Shown here: piece by piece, positions 60,537 to 64,000 of the stretch
How the letters are laid out: each line of letters begins with the position of its first letter
Numbering within the stretch: the stretch's first letter is position 1
Assembly: GCA_965226375.1 (NCBI GenBank)
Contig: CBDDCX010000008.1
Span: 832,001-896,000 of the forward strand
Length of the DNA: 64,000 bases
Direction: 5' to 3'
DNA from: Longimicrobiales bacterium
Lineage (GTDB): Bacteria > Gemmatimonadota > Gemmatimonadetes > Longimicrobiales > Gaopeijiaceae
Position numbers and translations under genes: made by a program
Notes under the pieces: model-generated
Told to the model about the DNA's origin: nothing
The model's database searches: none
What the model saw: the letters and a program-made list of their open reading frames with translations, nothing else

Positions 60537-62477
60537 GTGGTAGCGACGGATCTAGACCCGAGGTTCACCTTCGACAGCTTCGTCGTGGGGCCTGCCCATC
60601 GGCTCGCATCGGCGGCAGCACGGCGGGCAGCCGACGCCCCCGGCACCTCGTATAACCCACTCTTCATCTATTCCGGATCGGGCCTGGGCAAGAGCCATAT
60701 TCTCAGCGGCATCGCCCACTACGCGACGAAGGTCCACCCGGAGTACGGTGTGGTCTACCTCGCGGTCGAGGTCTTCCTCGATGAGCTGACACGCGCCCTG
60801 GAGGCCGGCACCCAGGACGAGATGCGCGAGCAGTACGAGGAGCTTCACATTCTGCTTCTCGACGACGTGCAGTTCCTGACGGGGCAGAAGGAGGCCCAGG
60901 AGATGCTGCTGCGCCTCCTGGACCAGCTCAGCGCATCCGGCGGTCAGATTGTCCTGGCCAGTGATCGCCCACCGTCGGAGATCGACGGTCTCGACGAGCG
61001 TCTTGTCACGCGGTTCTCCGGAGGCTTGATCGTCGATATTGCGGCTCCGGAGTACGAGACCAAGGTCGCGATTCTCCGCAAGAAGGCGGAGGAGCGCGGT
61101 CAGATCTTCGAGGCGGGGGTGGCCGAAGCACTGGCCAAGAACTCTTTCAAGAGCGTCCGTGAGCTTGCCGGTGCCCTCAACAAGGTGCTGGCGATCCAGG
61201 AGCTCGAGGGTAGACAGGTCACGGTCGACGAGATCAAGGGCATGCCCGGGCTTCAGGCCGACTCCCCGGCTGAAGGCCCCGTCGCCGGGCAGCAGCTCCT
61301 GGACGAATTCGGTTCGTTCATGGAGGAACTGAGCCAGACGGTGGCCACGAAGGTCGAGCGGGAAGAGGCTCCGTGGAGGAGGGTGCTCAGGGAAACGGTA
61401 GAGACGTTCGAAAAGGATGGGTATTCCGGGACCCGCCTCCGCATGATGTTCGAGTCAGATAAGGCCCCTGACGATCCGCAGGCGATGGCTGATGAGTTCC
61501 GACGGGACATCACTCGACTGCGCCAAATCGGTAAGGCACTCGACCGGGTCGGGAATCCGTGGCCCGAGGCCGCAATCGGCCTCCTGAAGGATCCTGAGCG
61601 ACTGGATGAGGCCGAGTCTCTGCTCGCCTCCGCGATGGAGCGCGTGCGCCCCTGCCCGCTTATTGGTGAGGGACCGCTGCTCGAAGACCTGGAGGCCCAC
61701 TACCCCGCAGTGGCACTGAAGGCGGCTCAACAGTTGGTCACGGAGGAGCGCCCGGAGTACAACCCTCTCTACGTGTGGAGCGCGCAGCCTGACGGACCGA
61801 TGGCCCTATTGGGGGCTACGGCTCGGACCTATAGGGACCACGACAAGCTCGGGAACTACGCCATCGTGTCCGCGAAGGAGTTTTCGGAAGATTTCATTCG
61901 GGCGCTGTCCGATGGGGTGGCGGGTGCCTGGAGAGAGCGTTGGTGGGGTGTCGATCTCCTCCTGGTGTATGATGCCCAGGCGCTCTCCGACACGGAGCGG
62001 GCACAGGACGAGTTTTTCCACCTCCCCGAGGCGTCCAAGCGTAAGGGAGCCAAGATCCTCATTACGGCGGATCGAGAGCCGTCAGGGATCACCGGCATCG
62101 ACGATCGCCTACGCTCTCGCTTCGAGATGGGTTTGGTCGTGGAAGGCACGGTTGACTCGCTGCCTTCCGGAGCGGGTACGTTGAACCTCGAGGACGCACC
62201 ACCGGAATACATCCAGGACGAGGATCTTTGGTCTGGGTTCATCCGGCCCAAGGTCGGAGCTGTTGTCGTTCCCCCACTTGATGAACTCGAGGTGGGGGAT
62301 CGGGCCGGAATGATCATCATGGAGCCTGAGGTAGTGGCCGCCGAGGTGGAGGAGGTCGAGCCGGATGCCACGCCAACAGCCGATCCGGGCTCCCCGTGGA
62401 GTCCCTCCAGGGAAAACGTGGTTTGGGACTGGCCGGTCATCGAGGACCGCATCGTGGACGTCGACAAGGGAGACTAG
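60537..62477 (+). CDS. DnaA/Hda-like protein with two AAA+ modules (second degenerate), no DNA-binding domain IV
   Basis: FTFDSFVVG, YNPLFIYSGSGLGKSH, LLDDVQ, SDRPP, SVRELAGAL; second copy YNPLYVW...RLRSRFEMGL lacks Walker A. Confidence 0.85.
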   Translation: MVATDLDPRFTFDSFVVGPAHRLASAAARRAADAPGTSYNPLFIYSGSGLGKSHILSGIAHYATKVHPEYGVVYLAVEVFLDELTRALEAGTQDEMREQYEELHILLLDDVQFLTGQKEAQEMLLRLLDQLSASGGQIVLASDRPPSEIDGLDERLVTRFSGGLIVDIAAPEYETKVAILRKKAEERGQIFEAGVAEALAKNSFKSVRELAGALNKVLAIQELEGRQVTVDEIKGMPGLQADSPAEGPVAGQQLLDEFGSFMEELSQTVATKVEREEAPWRRVLRETVETFEKDGYSGTRLRMMFESDKAPDDPQAMADEFRRDITRLRQIGKALDRVGNPWPEAAIGLLKDPERLDEAESLLASAMERVRPCPLIGEGPLLEDLEAHYPAVALKAAQQLVTEERPEYNPLYVWSAQPDGPMALLGATARTYRDHDKLGNYAIVSAKEFSEDFIRALSDGVAGAWRERWWGVDLLLVYDAQALSDTERAQDEFFHLPEASKRKGAKILITADREPSGITGIDDRLRSRFEMGLVVEGTVDSLPSGAGTLNLEDAPPEYIQDEDLWSGFIRPKVGAVVVPPLDELEVGDRAGMIIMEPEVVAAEVEEVEPDATPTADPGSPWSPSRENVVWDWPVIEDRIVDVDKGD

Positions 62478-62483
62478 GGTGAT

Positions 62484-64000
62484 ATGGCGATTGAAGGTGC
62501 TCTCGCAGACGTCAGCTTGGCGGACATCTCCCAACTGCTGGCCATGGGGGGTAAGACCGGCTGCCTGTCACTCACGGACCAGTCCAATTTCGGCTACATC
62601 TACTTCGATGCCGGTCGGGTCGTTTACGCGTCGGTGGTAAATCGCCCGGACCGCCTCGGCGAGCTTCTGGTTAAGAACAATGTCATCGATCGGGAACAGC
62701 TCTCGGTGGCCATGGAGAGGCAGGCGCACGAGAAGGGCAAGAAGCTGGGTGAGTTGTTGGTGGACGGCGGGGCCCTGACCCAGGAGGATCTCGAGCGGTA
62801 CATCTCCATGCAGATCGAAGAGGCCGTCTACCACGTCTTCCAGTGGAACCAGGGTACCTTCCAGTTCCAACCCGACATCAAGCCTGAAGAGCACGTGATG
62901 CGGGTGTCCATCAGCATCGACGCGCTCCTGATGGAGGGAGCCCGTCGCGTGGACGAGTGGAGCCTCATCGAGAAGAAGATCTCTTCCATGGACCTGATCT
63001 TCGCGCTCGAGCGGGACCCACGTCAGGAAGAAGGGATCGACCTCACCGATGGCCAGCAGCGCATTGTCCCACTCATCGACGGGAAGCGCTCGGTGGGCGA
63101 CCTCGTGGACGAGTCGGGACTGGTGGAGTTCGACACTGGCAAGGCGCTGTACGGACTCATCCAGGCGGGTTTCGCGGTCCAGATAGGTAAGCGAGCCGCG
63201 GAGTCGAAGGTAAAGGGCTCTGTGGACGAGCACCTCAACCTCGGCTTGGCGTTTTACCGGTCGGGGATGCTCGAGGACGCCATACGGGAGTTTCGGAAGA
63301 CCCTCGAGCTGGAGGTGAAGCACCCCCAAGCGCGGGCGTATCTCGGCCTCATCAGCCTCAAGTCAGGGCGGTCGCAAGAGGCGAGCGTGCACTTCGACGA
63401 GATGGGCGAAGGCGCCGAGATGACCTATCCGCTCCAACGGAACCGTGCGTTGGCACTCGAGCGGATTGGGCGTTACGAAGAGTCGCTCGCGGTGCTGGAA
63501 GAGGCCGAGAAACTCGATGGAGACGACCCCGGTCTTCTGCTTGCCCGCGGGATCGTGCAGTTCAAGGCTGGGGACGGAGCCGCCGCTATGGGCGCGTTCA
63601 AGGGCTACCAAGACGGGGTCGGGGATGAGGCTCTGTCGCCGGTGTTCTTTGCGTTCTCAGTGCTGGCGGCGGGGATCGCGGGTGACATGGATCGTGCGGT
63701 CGAGATCGGTCGTGAGGGCCTGAAGCAGTATCCCGATAACGGGGCGATCCTGGTGAACACCGGAGCCGTTCTGGAGCATCGCGGAGAGAACGAAGCGGCC
63801 GAGAGTTACTACGAGCGGGCTTTGGAGAATAAGCCCGTGGTGCCGCAGGCACACAAAGCGTTGGGTGACCAGGCTCTACGTCGTGGAGACAAGGAACGGG
63901 CGCAGGCTCAGTACCAGCTCGCCGTGGAGGCGGATCCTAGGCTTGGAGAAGACGTCTACATCAAGCTCGGCGCCATGGCCCTCGAGAACTCCCAGACGGC
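62484..64000 (+). CDS. DUF4388 (PatA_N-like) + MshEN-like + TPR protein (3' partial; absent from the ORF track)
   Basis: Translated by hand: MAIEGALADVSLADISQLLAMGGKTGCL...RLGELLV...LLMEGARRVDEW...NLGLAFYRSGMLEDAIREF; no stop before the window end. Confidence 0.88.
   Translation, partial: MAIEGALADVSLADISQLLAMGGKTGCLSLTDQSNFGYIYFDAGRVVYASVVNRPDRLGELLVKNNVIDREQLSVAMERQAHEKGKKLGELLVDGGALTQEDLERYISMQIEEAVYHVFQWNQGTFQFQPDIKPEEHVMRVSISIDALLMEGARRVDEWSLIEKKISSMDLIFALERDPRQEEGIDLTDGQQRIVPLIDGKRSVGDLVDESGLVEFDTGKALYGLIQAGFAVQIGKRAAESKVKGSVDEHLNLGLAFYRSGMLEDAIREFRKTLELEVKHPQARAYLGLISLKSGRSQEASVHFDEMGEGAEMTYPLQRNRALALERIGRYEESLAVLEEAEKLDGDDPGLLLARGIVQFKAGDGAAAMGAFKGYQDGVGDEALSPVFFAFSVLAAGIAGDMDRAVEIGREGLKQYPDNGAILVNTGAVLEHRGENEAAESYYERALENKPVVPQAHKALGDQALRRGDKERAQAQYQLAVEADPRLGEDVYIKLGAMALENSQT

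Noticed and set aside
60537..62477. Canonical dnaA / oriC region
   Set aside because: No domain IV, no dnaN/recF/gyrB neighbours, and no DnaA-box cluster or AT-rich region seen.

Overview
GC-rich bacterial chromosomal segment, almost entirely + strand and densely packed with about 60 housekeeping genes. Gene order and protein style suggest Gemmatimonadota (inference, not proven). Content in order: prmC(partial)-YlbF-CDP-alcohol phosphatidyltransferase-ino1-tmk-S41 protease; class-3 asparaginase-CMD-obgE-dprA-hemW-hrcA-dnaJ-prmA; YqeY-mutS2-dnaG-Zn-ribbon-recJ-rsmD-coaD-pta; an RsbV/RsbW/RsbU-type module; rsmA; rex with a perfect Rex operator, then a DnaQ-like exonuclease and thiolase/hbd/acyl-CoA DH/Leu DH/glyA; nnr-thiL-plsC-eno-ftsB; an SPFH gene with an 18-bp x6 repeat; tRNA-Met; MBL/SDR/GDPD; tilS-hpt-ftsH-cdaA; exbB-exbD-exbD-tonB; yggS-divIVA-PNP-ileS-rluD; and finally a tandem DnaA-like AAA+ protein and a DUF4388/MshEN-like/TPR protein that runs off the window. 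The only mobile element is an IS1595-family IS disrupting prmA, with NrdR-box-like 16-mers inside both ends. Two apparent single-base frameshifts (tmk, MBL hydrolase) may be sequencing errors. No CRISPR, rRNA or prophage was seen. Best novelty candidates are the DnaA-like/DUF4388 module, the NrdR-like boxes in the IS ends and the GLHH-type IleRS2.
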